Shown here piece after piece: positions 17,830-26,036 of a DNA stretch of 32,000 nucleotides. The DNA is from Sinorhizobium meliloti. Its GTDB lineage: Bacteria; Pseudomonadota; Alphaproteobacteria; Rhizobiales; Rhizobiaceae. The first letter of the stretch is position 1, and each line of letters opens with the position of its first letter. The DNA lies in assembly GCF_017876815.1 (NCBI RefSeq), contig NZ_JAGIOS010000001.1, positions 3,750,001-3,782,000 on the forward strand, given 5' to 3'. The position numbers and the translations under genes are program-made. The notes under the pieces were generated by a model that was given only the letters and a program-made list of their open reading frames with translations, searched no databases and was not told the origin of the DNA.

Positions 17830-20514
17830 ATGAATGTTGTAGTGGTGGAATCGCCTTCCAAGGCCAAGACGATCAACAAGTACCTGGGCCCAGGCTACAA
17901 GGTGCTTGCCTCGTTCGGCCACGTGCGTGACCTGCCTGCCAAGGACGGATCGGTTCGCCCCGACGAAGACTTCGAGATGTCCTGGGAGGTCGACGGCGCT
18001 TCCGCCAAGCGGATGAAGGACATTGCCGACGCGGTGAAATCGTCCGACGGACTCATTCTGGCAACCGACCCCGACCGCGAGGGCGAGGCGATTTCCTGGC
18101 ATGTGCTCGACCTTCTCAGGAAGAAGAAGGTCATCGGCGACAAGCCGGTCAAGCGAGTCGTCTTCAATGCGATCACCAAGAAGGCCGTGCTCGATGCGAT
18201 GGCCGAACCCCGCGACATCGATGCCTCTCTGGTCGACGCATATCTCGCACGCCGCGCTCTCGACTACCTCGTCGGCTTCAATCTTTCGCCCGTGCTCTGG
18301 CGCAAGCTGCCGGGCGCACGCTCGGCGGGCCGCGTGCAATCGGTGGCGCTGCGCCTCGTCTGCGACCGCGAGGCGGAGATCGAGCGCTTCGTCACCGAAG
18401 AATACTGGAACATCTCGGCGCTTCTGAAGACACCGCGCGGCGACGAATTCGAAGCGCGCCTCGTTTCGGCCGACGGCAAGCGGCTGCCGCCGAAGGCGAT
18501 CGGCAATGGCGAGGAAGCCAATCGGTTGAAGTCCCTGCTCGACGGCGCGAGCTACGTCGTCGAGAGCGTCGAGGCCAAGCCGGTCAAACGCAATCCCTCC
18601 CCGCCCTTCACCACTTCGACGCTGCAGCAGGCCGCCTCCTCGAAGCTCGGCTTCTCGGCATCGCGCACCATGCAGGTGGCGCAGAAGCTCTATGAAGGCG
18701 TCGATATCGGCGGAGAAACCGTAGGTCTCATCACCTATATGCGAACGGACGGCGTGCAGATGGCGCCGGAAGCGATCGAGGCCGCGCGCCAGGCCATCGG
18801 CAGCCAGTTCGGAGAGCGTTATCTTCCGGAAAAGCCGCGCTTCTATTCCACCAAGGCAAAGAATGCCCAGGAAGCGCACGAGGCCATTCGCCCGACCGAT
18901 TTCGACCGCACGCCCGACCAGGTCCGGCGCTTCCTCGACGGCGACATGCTGAGACTGTACGATCTTGTCTGGAAGCGCGGCATCGCGAGCCAGATGGCGT
19001 CTGCGGAGATCGAGCGCACCACCGCCGAGATCGTTGCCGACAATGCCGGCAAGAAGGCGGGCCTCAGGGCAACCGGCTCGGTCATCCGCTTCGACGGCTT
19101 CATCGCTGCCTATACCGACATGAAGGAAGACGGCGAGCAGGCGGATGACGGCGACGAGGACGGCCGCCTTCCGGAAATCAACGCACGCGAAAATCTTGCC
19201 AAGCAGAAGATCAACGCCAGCCAGCACTTCACCGAGCCGCCGCCGCGCTATTCGGAAGCGACGCTCATCAAGAAGATGGAAGAACTTGGCATCGGCCGCC
19301 CGTCCACCTATGCGGCGACCGTCACGACCCTCATCGACCGTGACTATGTGGAGATCGACAAGCGCAAGCTGGTGCCGCAGGCGAAAGGCCGTCTGGTCAC
19401 TGCGTTCCTCGAAAGCTTCTTCACCCGCTATGTAGAATATGATTTCACCGCGTCGCTCGAGGAGAAACTCGACCAGATTTCGGCAGGCGAACTCAATTGG
19501 AAGGACGTGCTGCGCGACTTCTGGAAGGACTTCTTCTCCCAGATCGAGGACACCAAGGAACTGCGCGTCACCAACGTGCTCGATGCGCTCAACGAGGAAC
19601 TGGCTCCGCTCGTCTTCCCGAAGCGGGAAGATGGCGGCGACCCGCGCATTTGTCAGGTCTGCGGCACCGGCAAGCTGTCCCTGAAGCTCGGCAAATACGG
19701 CGCTTTCGTCGGATGCTCCAATTACCCGGAATGCAACTACACGCGCCAACTCTCCTCCGACAGCAACGGTGACGCCGAAGCAGCTGCAGCGAACGAGCCG
19801 CAAAGCCTCGGCAAGGATCCGCATACCGGCGAGGAAATCACGCTGCGCAACGGCCGCTTCGGCCCCTATGTCCAGCGCGGCGACGGCAAGGAGGCGAAAC
19901 GCGCCAGCCTGCCGAAGGGTTGGACGCCGGCGGCGATCGATCACGAGAAGGCCCTCGCCCTGCTCTCCCTGCCGCGCGATATCGGGCCGCATCCGGAAAG
20001 CGGCAAGATGATCTCCACCGGCATCGGCCGCTATGGCCCCTTCGTGCTTCACAACGGCACCTATGCCAATCTGGAATCCGTCGAGGACGTCTTCTCTATC
20101 GGTCTGAACCGCGCGATTTCCGTCCTTGCCGACAAGCAGTCCAAAGGGGCTGGCGGCGGACGCGCTAGCGCGGCGGCCCTCAAGGAGCTTGGGGAACATC
20201 CGGACGGCGGCGCGATTACTGTTCGCGACGGACGCTTCGGGCCCTACGTCAACTGGGGCAAGGTGAATGCCACGCTGCCGAGGGGTAAGGACCCGCAATC
20301 GGTCACGGTCGAGGAAGCGCTTGCGCTCATCGCCGAGCGCGAAGCGAAAGGCGGCGTGACCAAGGGCAAGGCGGCAAAGGGAAAGCCGACCGGGGGAAAA
20401 TCGGCCGGAACGAAGTCTGCCAAGGCTGCATCGGCCGGAACTGCGAAAGCGGAGAAGCCGAAATCAGCAGCGAAGACGAAAACGAAAGCGGCCGCGAAGG
20501 CCAAGAAGGACTGA
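17830..20514 (+). CDS. topA: DNA topoisomerase I (type IA)
   Basis: About 894 aa from ATG 17830 (MNVVVVESPSKAKTINKYLG); ATG 17824 is also possible. It has a TOPRIM domain, an active-site Tyr region (ITYMRTDG), one C4 zinc ribbon, and a Lys/Ala-rich tail. Confidence 0.93.
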   Translation: MNVVVVESPSKAKTINKYLGPGYKVLASFGHVRDLPAKDGSVRPDEDFEMSWEVDGASAKRMKDIADAVKSSDGLILATDPDREGEAISWHVLDLLRKKKVIGDKPVKRVVFNAITKKAVLDAMAEPRDIDASLVDAYLARRALDYLVGFNLSPVLWRKLPGARSAGRVQSVALRLVCDREAEIERFVTEEYWNISALLKTPRGDEFEARLVSADGKRLPPKAIGNGEEANRLKSLLDGASYVVESVEAKPVKRNPSPPFTTSTLQQAASSKLGFSASRTMQVAQKLYEGVDIGGETVGLITYMRTDGVQMAPEAIEAARQAIGSQFGERYLPEKPRFYSTKAKNAQEAHEAIRPTDFDRTPDQVRRFLDGDMLRLYDLVWKRGIASQMASAEIERTTAEIVADNAGKKAGLRATGSVIRFDGFIAAYTDMKEDGEQADDGDEDGRLPEINARENLAKQKINASQHFTEPPPRYSEATLIKKMEELGIGRPSTYAATVTTLIDRDYVEIDKRKLVPQAKGRLVTAFLESFFTRYVEYDFTASLEEKLDQISAGELNWKDVLRDFWKDFFSQIEDTKELRVTNVLDALNEELAPLVFPKREDGGDPRICQVCGTGKLSLKLGKYGAFVGCSNYPECNYTRQLSSDSNGDAEAAAANEPQSLGKDPHTGEEITLRNGRFGPYVQRGDGKEAKRASLPKGWTPAAIDHEKALALLSLPRDIGPHPESGKMISTGIGRYGPFVLHNGTYANLESVEDVFSIGLNRAISVLADKQSKGAGGGRASAAALKELGEHPDGGAITVRDGRFGPYVNWGKVNATLPRGKDPQSVTVEEALALIAEREAKGGVTKGKAAKGKPTGGKSAGTKSAKAASAGTAKAEKPKSAAKTKTKAAAKAKKD

Positions 20515-20516
20515 CC

Positions 20517-22886
20517 TTGACCAGGATTCCGCGCGACCCGACCGAAACGCCCGCAAAGGGCGCAGGCAAGAAGAACGGCCGCGCGGCCAAGACGGCACCG
20601 GCCGGAGAAAAGGAGACGATCGTTCATGGCGTCGTTCCTTCCCGCGAGGTGCTGATGCGCTTCATCGCCGAGAACCCGCAACACGCCTCGAAGCGCGAGA
20701 TCGCCAAGGCGTTCGGCCTGAAGGGCGAGGCACGGGTAGAGCTCAAGGGACTGCTGCGATCGCTCGAGGAGGACGGGCTCGTCGAGAAGAAGCGCAAGTC
20801 GCTCGTTCGCCCCGGCGGGCTCCCGCCCGTCACCGTTCTTGACATTACCATTCGCGACGTCGATGGCGACCTGATCGGCCGGCCGGCCGAGTGGCTCGAC
20901 GACGACGGCGTCGCGCCCGCAGTCCTGATCAAGCAATCAAGCGTCGCCAGGGCCAAGGGCAAGACGCCGGTAGGCGGTCTCGGCGACCGGGTGCTCGCGA
21001 AGATTTTCCCGGCCAAGGAACGCGGCGGCCCTGCCTATACCGCGCGTATCATCAAGGTGCTCGACAAGCGCAAGGACGCGGTCCTCGGCGTCTTCCGCGC
21101 CACGCCCGGCGGCGGCGGCCGGCTGATGCCGATCGACAAGCGCGGCGAGGAGCTCCTCATCGATCCGGAGTTCATCGGCGACGCCAAGGAAGGCGATCTC
21201 GTCGAAGCGCATCTTTCGCGGATCGGCCGCTACGGCCTGCCGCGGGCGCAGGTGCAGAACGTCATCGGCTCGGTCGCGTCCGAAAAGGCGATCTCGATGA
21301 TCGCCATCCATGCCCATGGTATCCCGCACGTCTTTCCGGAGAGGGTGCTGCAGGAGGCGGAAGCCGCGCGTCCTGCAACCATGGCGCATCGCGAGGACTG
21401 GCGCACCCTGCCGCTCATCACCATAGACCCGGCGGACGCCAAGGATCACGACGACGCCGTCTACGCGGAGCCGGATTCGTCGCCGGACAATCCGGGCGGC
21501 GTCATCGTCACCGTCGCGATCGCCGACGTCTCCTGGTACGTCAGGGCACGCTCGGCACTCGATCTCGAGGCGTTGAAACGCGGCAATTCCGTCTATTTTC
21601 CCGACCGGGTCGTACCGATGCTGCCCGAGCGCATATCCAACGACCTCTGCTCCCTGAAGGAAGGCGTCGACCGCCCGGCGCTTGCGGTCCGGATGCGCTT
21701 TTCCAAGGAAGGCCGCAAGGCCGGGCATACGTTTCACCGCATCATGATGCGAAGCGCCGCCAAGCTCTCGTACCAACAGGCGCAGACCGCGATCGACGGT
21801 GCTCCCGACGACAAGACCGGCCCCATACTGGATACGATCCTCAAGCCGCTCTGGGAAGCCTATCGTACCCTCACCCGCGGAAGGGAGCGCCGTCAGCCGC
21901 TCGAACTCGACGTGCCGGAGCGCAAGATCATCCTGAAGCCGGACGGCACGGTCGATCGGGTCTTCGTGCCGGAACGCCTCGATGCGCACAAGCTCATCGA
22001 AGAGATGATGATCCAGGCGAATGTCGCCGCTGCCGAGACGCTGGAACAGAAACGTCAGGTTCTGATCTATCGTGTCCACGACCAACCCTCGCTCGCCAAG
22101 CAGGAGAGCCTTCGCGAATTCCTGGCGACGCTCGACATCGCGCTCGCCAAAGGCGGCAACATGCGGGCGAACCATTTCAACGGCATTCTCGCCAAGGCCG
22201 ACGGAAAGCCTTACGAGACGATCGTGAACCAGATGGTGCTTCGTTCGCAAAGCCAGGCGATCTACAGCCCGGAAAATATCGGTCATTTCGGCCTGAACCT
22301 GTTGCGCTACGCCCACTTCACCTCGCCGATCCGGCGCTATGCGGATCTGATCGTGCACCGCGCGCTCGTTTCCGCGCTCGGGCTCGGCGAAGGCGGCATA
22401 ATGCCCGAGGAAGAAGCAGCGCTCGACGATATCGCCGCCGAAATCTCGACCTTCGAGCGGCGCGCCATGGCGGCTGAACGCGATACGATCGATCGGCTGA
22501 TCGCCCACCATCTGAACGGCCGCGTCGGCGAAGAGTTCGACGGACGGGTTTCCGGCGTCACCAAGGCGGGACTTTTTGTCACCCTCCCCGCCTATGGCGC
22601 CGACGGCTTCATCCCTATATCTACGCTCGGGCGCGACTATTTCATCTATGATGAGGCGCATCAGGCCCTTTCCGGCGAGAAATCCGGACTGGGTTACCGT
22701 CTCGGGGACCCGGTGCAGGTCAAGCTTGTAGAAGCGGTGCCGTTGGCCGGTGCACTCCGTTTCGAAATGCTGAGCGAGGGACGAAAGATGCCGACGGCAA
22801 TGCGCTCCTTCCACAAGGCCGGCCGCCGCGACCGGACGGGTGCGCGCAAACGCCCGGGAACGCGACCGCCCCGCGGCAGGCACTGA
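20517..22886 (+). CDS. rnr: Ribonuclease R
   Basis: 789 aa from TTG 20517, 2 nt after the topA stop. It has an RNB catalytic domain (ITIDPADAKDHDDAV, HFGL..YAHFTSPIRRYADL), a C-terminal S1 domain and a basic tail. No in-frame ATG or GTG lies upstream of the conserved N-terminal VPSREVLMRFI block, so the TTG start is provisional. Confidence 0.88.
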   Translation: MTRIPRDPTETPAKGAGKKNGRAAKTAPAGEKETIVHGVVPSREVLMRFIAENPQHASKREIAKAFGLKGEARVELKGLLRSLEEDGLVEKKRKSLVRPGGLPPVTVLDITIRDVDGDLIGRPAEWLDDDGVAPAVLIKQSSVARAKGKTPVGGLGDRVLAKIFPAKERGGPAYTARIIKVLDKRKDAVLGVFRATPGGGGRLMPIDKRGEELLIDPEFIGDAKEGDLVEAHLSRIGRYGLPRAQVQNVIGSVASEKAISMIAIHAHGIPHVFPERVLQEAEAARPATMAHREDWRTLPLITIDPADAKDHDDAVYAEPDSSPDNPGGVIVTVAIADVSWYVRARSALDLEALKRGNSVYFPDRVVPMLPERISNDLCSLKEGVDRPALAVRMRFSKEGRKAGHTFHRIMMRSAAKLSYQQAQTAIDGAPDDKTGPILDTILKPLWEAYRTLTRGRERRQPLELDVPERKIILKPDGTVDRVFVPERLDAHKLIEEMMIQANVAAAETLEQKRQVLIYRVHDQPSLAKQESLREFLATLDIALAKGGNMRANHFNGILAKADGKPYETIVNQMVLRSQSQAIYSPENIGHFGLNLLRYAHFTSPIRRYADLIVHRALVSALGLGEGGIMPEEEAALDDIAAEISTFERRAMAAERDTIDRLIAHHLNGRVGEEFDGRVSGVTKAGLFVTLPAYGADGFIPISTLGRDYFIYDEAHQALSGEKSGLGYRLGDPVQVKLVEAVPLAGALRFEMLSEGRKMPTAMRSFHKAGRRDRTGARKRPGTRPPRGRH

Positions 22887-22888
22887 CA

Positions 22889-22909
22889 GCCGGACGCGCG
22901 ACGTCCGGC
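22889..22909 (+). terminator. 8-bp stem-loop just after the rnr stop (no U-tract)
   Basis: gccggacg-cgcga-cgtccggc starts 3 nt after the TGA at 22884-22886 and is immediately followed by the GAGGA SD of the DUF983 gene. Confidence 0.3.
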
Positions 22910-22922
22910 ACGAGGATTGGAC

Positions 22923-23378
22923 ATGAAGGCAACGGCGACAGACATGCTTCAGCTCGGCGGAGCGGAGGGCGACAAAAGGCCTGTCGGCCGCTCGATCAAG
23001 CGTGGCCTTTTCGGGACCTGTCCGGCCTGCGGCCGCGGCCGGTTGTTCCGCGCCTTCCTCAAATCGGTGGACGCCTGCGACGCCTGCGGCGAACGCATGG
23101 ATCACCACCGCGCCGACGACTTCCCGCCCTATATCGTCGTCACGATCGTCGGCCATGTCGTGCTCGGCGGTTATATGATGACCGATCTCGTGCTGCCGCT
23201 TACGACATGGCAGCATCTCGCGATCTGGGCGCCGGTTACGCTTGCCAGTTCGCTCGCCCTGATGCAGCCGGTCAAGGGCGCGGTCATCGGCCTGCAATGG
23301 GCGTTGAGAATGCACGGCTTCGGCGGTCACGACGATCTGCCTGAAGACGTCCTCCCGCCGCGAGATCCTTCGGCATGA
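22923..23378 (+). CDS. DUF983 family membrane protein with N-terminal zinc ribbon
   Basis: About 151 aa from ATG 22923, with GAGGA 6 nt upstream. CPACGRGRLF...CDACG is followed by two hydrophobic helices. The stop overlaps the NUDIX start (ATGA). Confidence 0.75.
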   Translation: MKATATDMLQLGGAEGDKRPVGRSIKRGLFGTCPACGRGRLFRAFLKSVDACDACGERMDHHRADDFPPYIVVTIVGHVVLGGYMMTDLVLPLTTWQHLAIWAPVTLASSLALMQPVKGAVIGLQWALRMHGFGGHDDLPEDVLPPRDPSA

Positions 23379-24091
23379 CCCCGGAGCCGCTTGGCGGCCG
23401 CGCTTTCGCACTCGAGGCCGAAGCGGCGAGTTCTCCTACGGTCAGGACGCGCGATGCGGCCTCCATCATGCTTCTCGACAGATCCGGCAAGGACATTCGC
23501 GTGTTGATGGGCAAACGCCACAGCGCCCACGTCTTCATGCCGGACCTTTACGTCTTTCCGGGTGGCCGCCGCGATCCCGGCGACCATCGCCTGAGATTTG
23601 ACGGCGATCTTCATCCGGCGGTTCTGCGATCTCTCAGGGCAGGCGACGGGCGGGCGATCACCGAGGCTCGCGCACGGGCGCTAGCACTTGCGGCCGCGAG
23701 GGAACTTTACGAAGAAGCCGGGGTAAGCCTCGGCCGGACACGCGAGCGCCAAGGCGCGGTGCTTCCGTTTCTTCCCGATCTTTCGAACTTGCGCTATATG
23801 GCGCGGGCCATTACTCCTCCGGGACTGCCGAGGCGGTTTGACACACGGTTCTTTGCCGTTTTCGCGGACGAGGCCGAGATCGATCCCTCACTGGTGGCGG
23901 AAAGCCGGGAGCTTCAGGATTTGCAGTGGATCGATGTCAACGACTTTTCCGCGCTTCGCGTGCCGGAGATCACCGCAATCATCCTCTCGGATCTGAGAAA
24001 CGATCTCATGTCGGATCCTTCGCTTCCGCCTGAAAGAACCGTTCCATTTTATTTTACGCGCCATGGGCGCTTTCACCGCACGCTTCTCTGA
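23375..24091 (+). CDS. NUDIX hydrolase family protein
   Basis: 238 aa. The Nudix helix RELYEEAGV (REUXEEXGU) is preceded by FPGGRRDPGD, but with a long insert between the two halves of the Nudix box. Confidence 0.75.
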   Translation: MTPEPLGGRAFALEAEAASSPTVRTRDAASIMLLDRSGKDIRVLMGKRHSAHVFMPDLYVFPGGRRDPGDHRLRFDGDLHPAVLRSLRAGDGRAITEARARALALAAARELYEEAGVSLGRTRERQGAVLPFLPDLSNLRYMARAITPPGLPRRFDTRFFAVFADEAEIDPSLVAESRELQDLQWIDVNDFSALRVPEITAIILSDLRNDLMSDPSLPPERTVPFYFTRHGRFHRTLL

Positions 24092-24103
24092 GGGCCCTAT
24101 CGC

Positions 24104-25288
24104 ATGTCGAAGCCGCCGCCCGGTACGTCAGGACCGGTTGACGAAATCCACTGGCCTTCATTGATCGCCGCGCTCGCGTCGATCACTGCCGTCGGCATCG
24201 CGATCGGCCTGGGGCTCCCGCTGCTCAGCGTCATCATGGAAAAGCGGGGCATCGCGCCCACCCTGAACGGGCTGAATGCGGCAATGGCCGGCCTCGCATC
24301 GATGGCCGCCGCCCCGTTCACGATGAAATTCGCCCATCGTCACGGCGTCGCTCCGACCATGCTGCTGGCGATAATGTTTGCGGCCACGAGCTCGCTCGGT
24401 TTCTACTACCTCACGAATTTCTGGCTCTGGTTTCCCCTGCGCATCGTCTTTCACGGCGCAATCACCGTCCTCTTCATCCTTTCGGAGTTCTGGATCAACG
24501 CCACCGCGCCCCCCAACAGGCGCGGCTTCGTGCTCGGGATTTACGGCACGGTACTCTCGCTCGGCTTCGCGAGCGGTCCCCTGCTCTTCTCCATCCTGGG
24601 CAGCGAAGGCTTCCTGCCCTTCGCTGTCGGCGCGGGCGTCATCCTGCTTTCCGCGATCCCGATCTTTCTCGCGCGCAATGAAAGCCCGGTGCTGGACGAA
24701 AAGCCGAAGCGCCATTTCATGCGTTATGTCTTCCTGGTGCCGACCGCGACGGCCGCCGTCTTTATCTTCGGCGCAGTGGAATATGGCGGGCTTTCCCTGT
24801 TTCCCATCTTCGGGACCCGCGCGGGTTTCAGCGAATCGCAGGCAGCGCTGCTGCTGACGGTCATGGGCGTCGGCAATTTCATCTTCCAGATCCCCCTCGG
24901 CATGCTTTCCGACCGCGTGAAGGACCGCCGTACGATCCTGTCGGCGCTGACCCTGATCGGGCTCGTAGGCGCCCTGTTCCTGCCTATGCTGGTTGAAAAC
25001 TGGTTCCTGATGGCGCTTGTTCTTCTGTTCTGGGGCGGATGCGTCTCCGGTCTCTATACGGTCGGCCTCAGCCACCTCGGTTCCCGTCTTCAGGGAGCGG
25101 ACCTTGCGGCCGCCAACGCCGCCTTCGTGTTCTCCTACGCCGTCGGCACGGTAGCGGGTCCGCAGGTGATCGGGGCGGCCATGGATGTGACGGGCAATGA
25201 CGGCTTTGCCTGGGCAATCGCCGGCTTCTTCGGGCTTTATGTCGTACTTTCCCTGGTCCGCATCGTTTTGAAACCAAAACGGCCTTGA
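24104..25288 (+). CDS. MFS transporter
   Basis: 394 aa with about 12 hydrophobic segments. MFS-like loop motifs are present (e.g. GMLSDRVKDRRT between TM8 and TM9). Confidence 0.8.
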   Translation: MSKPPPGTSGPVDEIHWPSLIAALASITAVGIAIGLGLPLLSVIMEKRGIAPTLNGLNAAMAGLASMAAAPFTMKFAHRHGVAPTMLLAIMFAATSSLGFYYLTNFWLWFPLRIVFHGAITVLFILSEFWINATAPPNRRGFVLGIYGTVLSLGFASGPLLFSILGSEGFLPFAVGAGVILLSAIPIFLARNESPVLDEKPKRHFMRYVFLVPTATAAVFIFGAVEYGGLSLFPIFGTRAGFSESQAALLLTVMGVGNFIFQIPLGMLSDRVKDRRTILSALTLIGLVGALFLPMLVENWFLMALVLLFWGGCVSGLYTVGLSHLGSRLQGADLAAANAAFVFSYAVGTVAGPQVIGAAMDVTGNDGFAWAIAGFFGLYVVLSLVRIVLKPKRP

Positions 25289-25382
25289 CTTTTCGGTCGT
25301 GATTTGTAGTTTCGCGGCAACTTGACCGTGGCCCGCAATCGGTTGTCCACGGCTTTCAATTTTTCATAAAGGCAGGACGACC

Positions 25383-25550
25383 ATGGCGAAAGCTACCACC
25401 ATCAAGATCAAGCTGCTGTCGACGGCCGACACCGGTTACTTCTACGTCACCACCAAGAACAGCCGCACGATGACGGACAAGATGACGAAGACGAAATACG
25501 ATCCGGTCGCGAAGAAGCACGTCGAATTCAAGGAAGCCAAGATCAAGTAA
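25383..25550 (+). CDS. rpmG: 50S ribosomal protein L33
   Basis: Not in the ORF track (55 aa). My translation: [65 protein letters not shown] lies upstream. Confidence 0.92.
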   Translation: MAKATTIKIKLLSTADTGYFYVTTKNSRTMTDKMTKTKYDPVAKKHVEFKEAKIK

Positions 25551-25574
25551 GATCGCCGCTTTCTTCGATCGAGG

Positions 25575-25606
25575 AGCGCCGCCCGCAGGGCCGGCGCTTT
25601 TTCTTT
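25575..25606 (+). terminator. Rho-independent terminator of rpmG
   Basis: agcgccg-c-cc / gcag / gg-c-cggcgct stem followed by TTTTTCTTT, beginning 25 nt after the rpmG stop. Confidence 0.75.
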
Positions 25607-25666
25607 ACGCTTTTCCGTTCTTTGCGCTTTTCCGCTGCTTGAACCTGAAAAGGATGGACGAGACGA

Positions 25667-25694
25667 AAACGCCGCCTCTTTCGAAGCGGCGTTT
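25667..25694 (-). terminator. 9-bp hairpin with the better U-tract on the minus strand
   Basis: aaacgccgc-ctctttcgaa-gcggcgttt. Read on the minus strand, the GC stem is followed by TTTTCGTCTCG. It lies about 340 nt beyond the pleD stop, so it would end a long pleD 3' UTR or an independent minus-strand transcript. Confidence 0.45.
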
Positions 25695-26036
25695 CGAATG
25701 GGGGTCGACTGGTCCGGTTGCAGCACGAGGAATCCGCAAGTCCGAGGCCAGCCGACCGACCCCACGACCCAGGAGATGCGGCGGACCTGAGCATCATGGG
25801 GTAACCGAATGCTGTGGAAGTTTCCTTCCTCGCTTATCAGCATTGCCTGAAACTAAAAAAAAATCAATGCATTCTTAATCGCCGAAGAGGGGTTGCTCGG
25901 CGTTTGGTTAATTCTGTTTCAGAATCGGACAGTGTCGCCTGCAGATGTGCTTACCCCGGCACGGGCCACGCGAAGAAAAACGGAACCTGAAGGAACCCGC
26001 GCGCGAGGCCCTGAAAAGCTCAGCATGTGCGGCGGA

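Noticed and set aside
17728-23411. 856-aa and 824-aa minus-strand ORFs opposite topA and rnr. Similar long antisense ORFs lie at 11974-13761, 14329-15720, 25893-26912 and 28492-29715.
   Set aside because: All lie opposite genes with strong homology signatures and have shadow-ORF composition. They are not credible coding regions.
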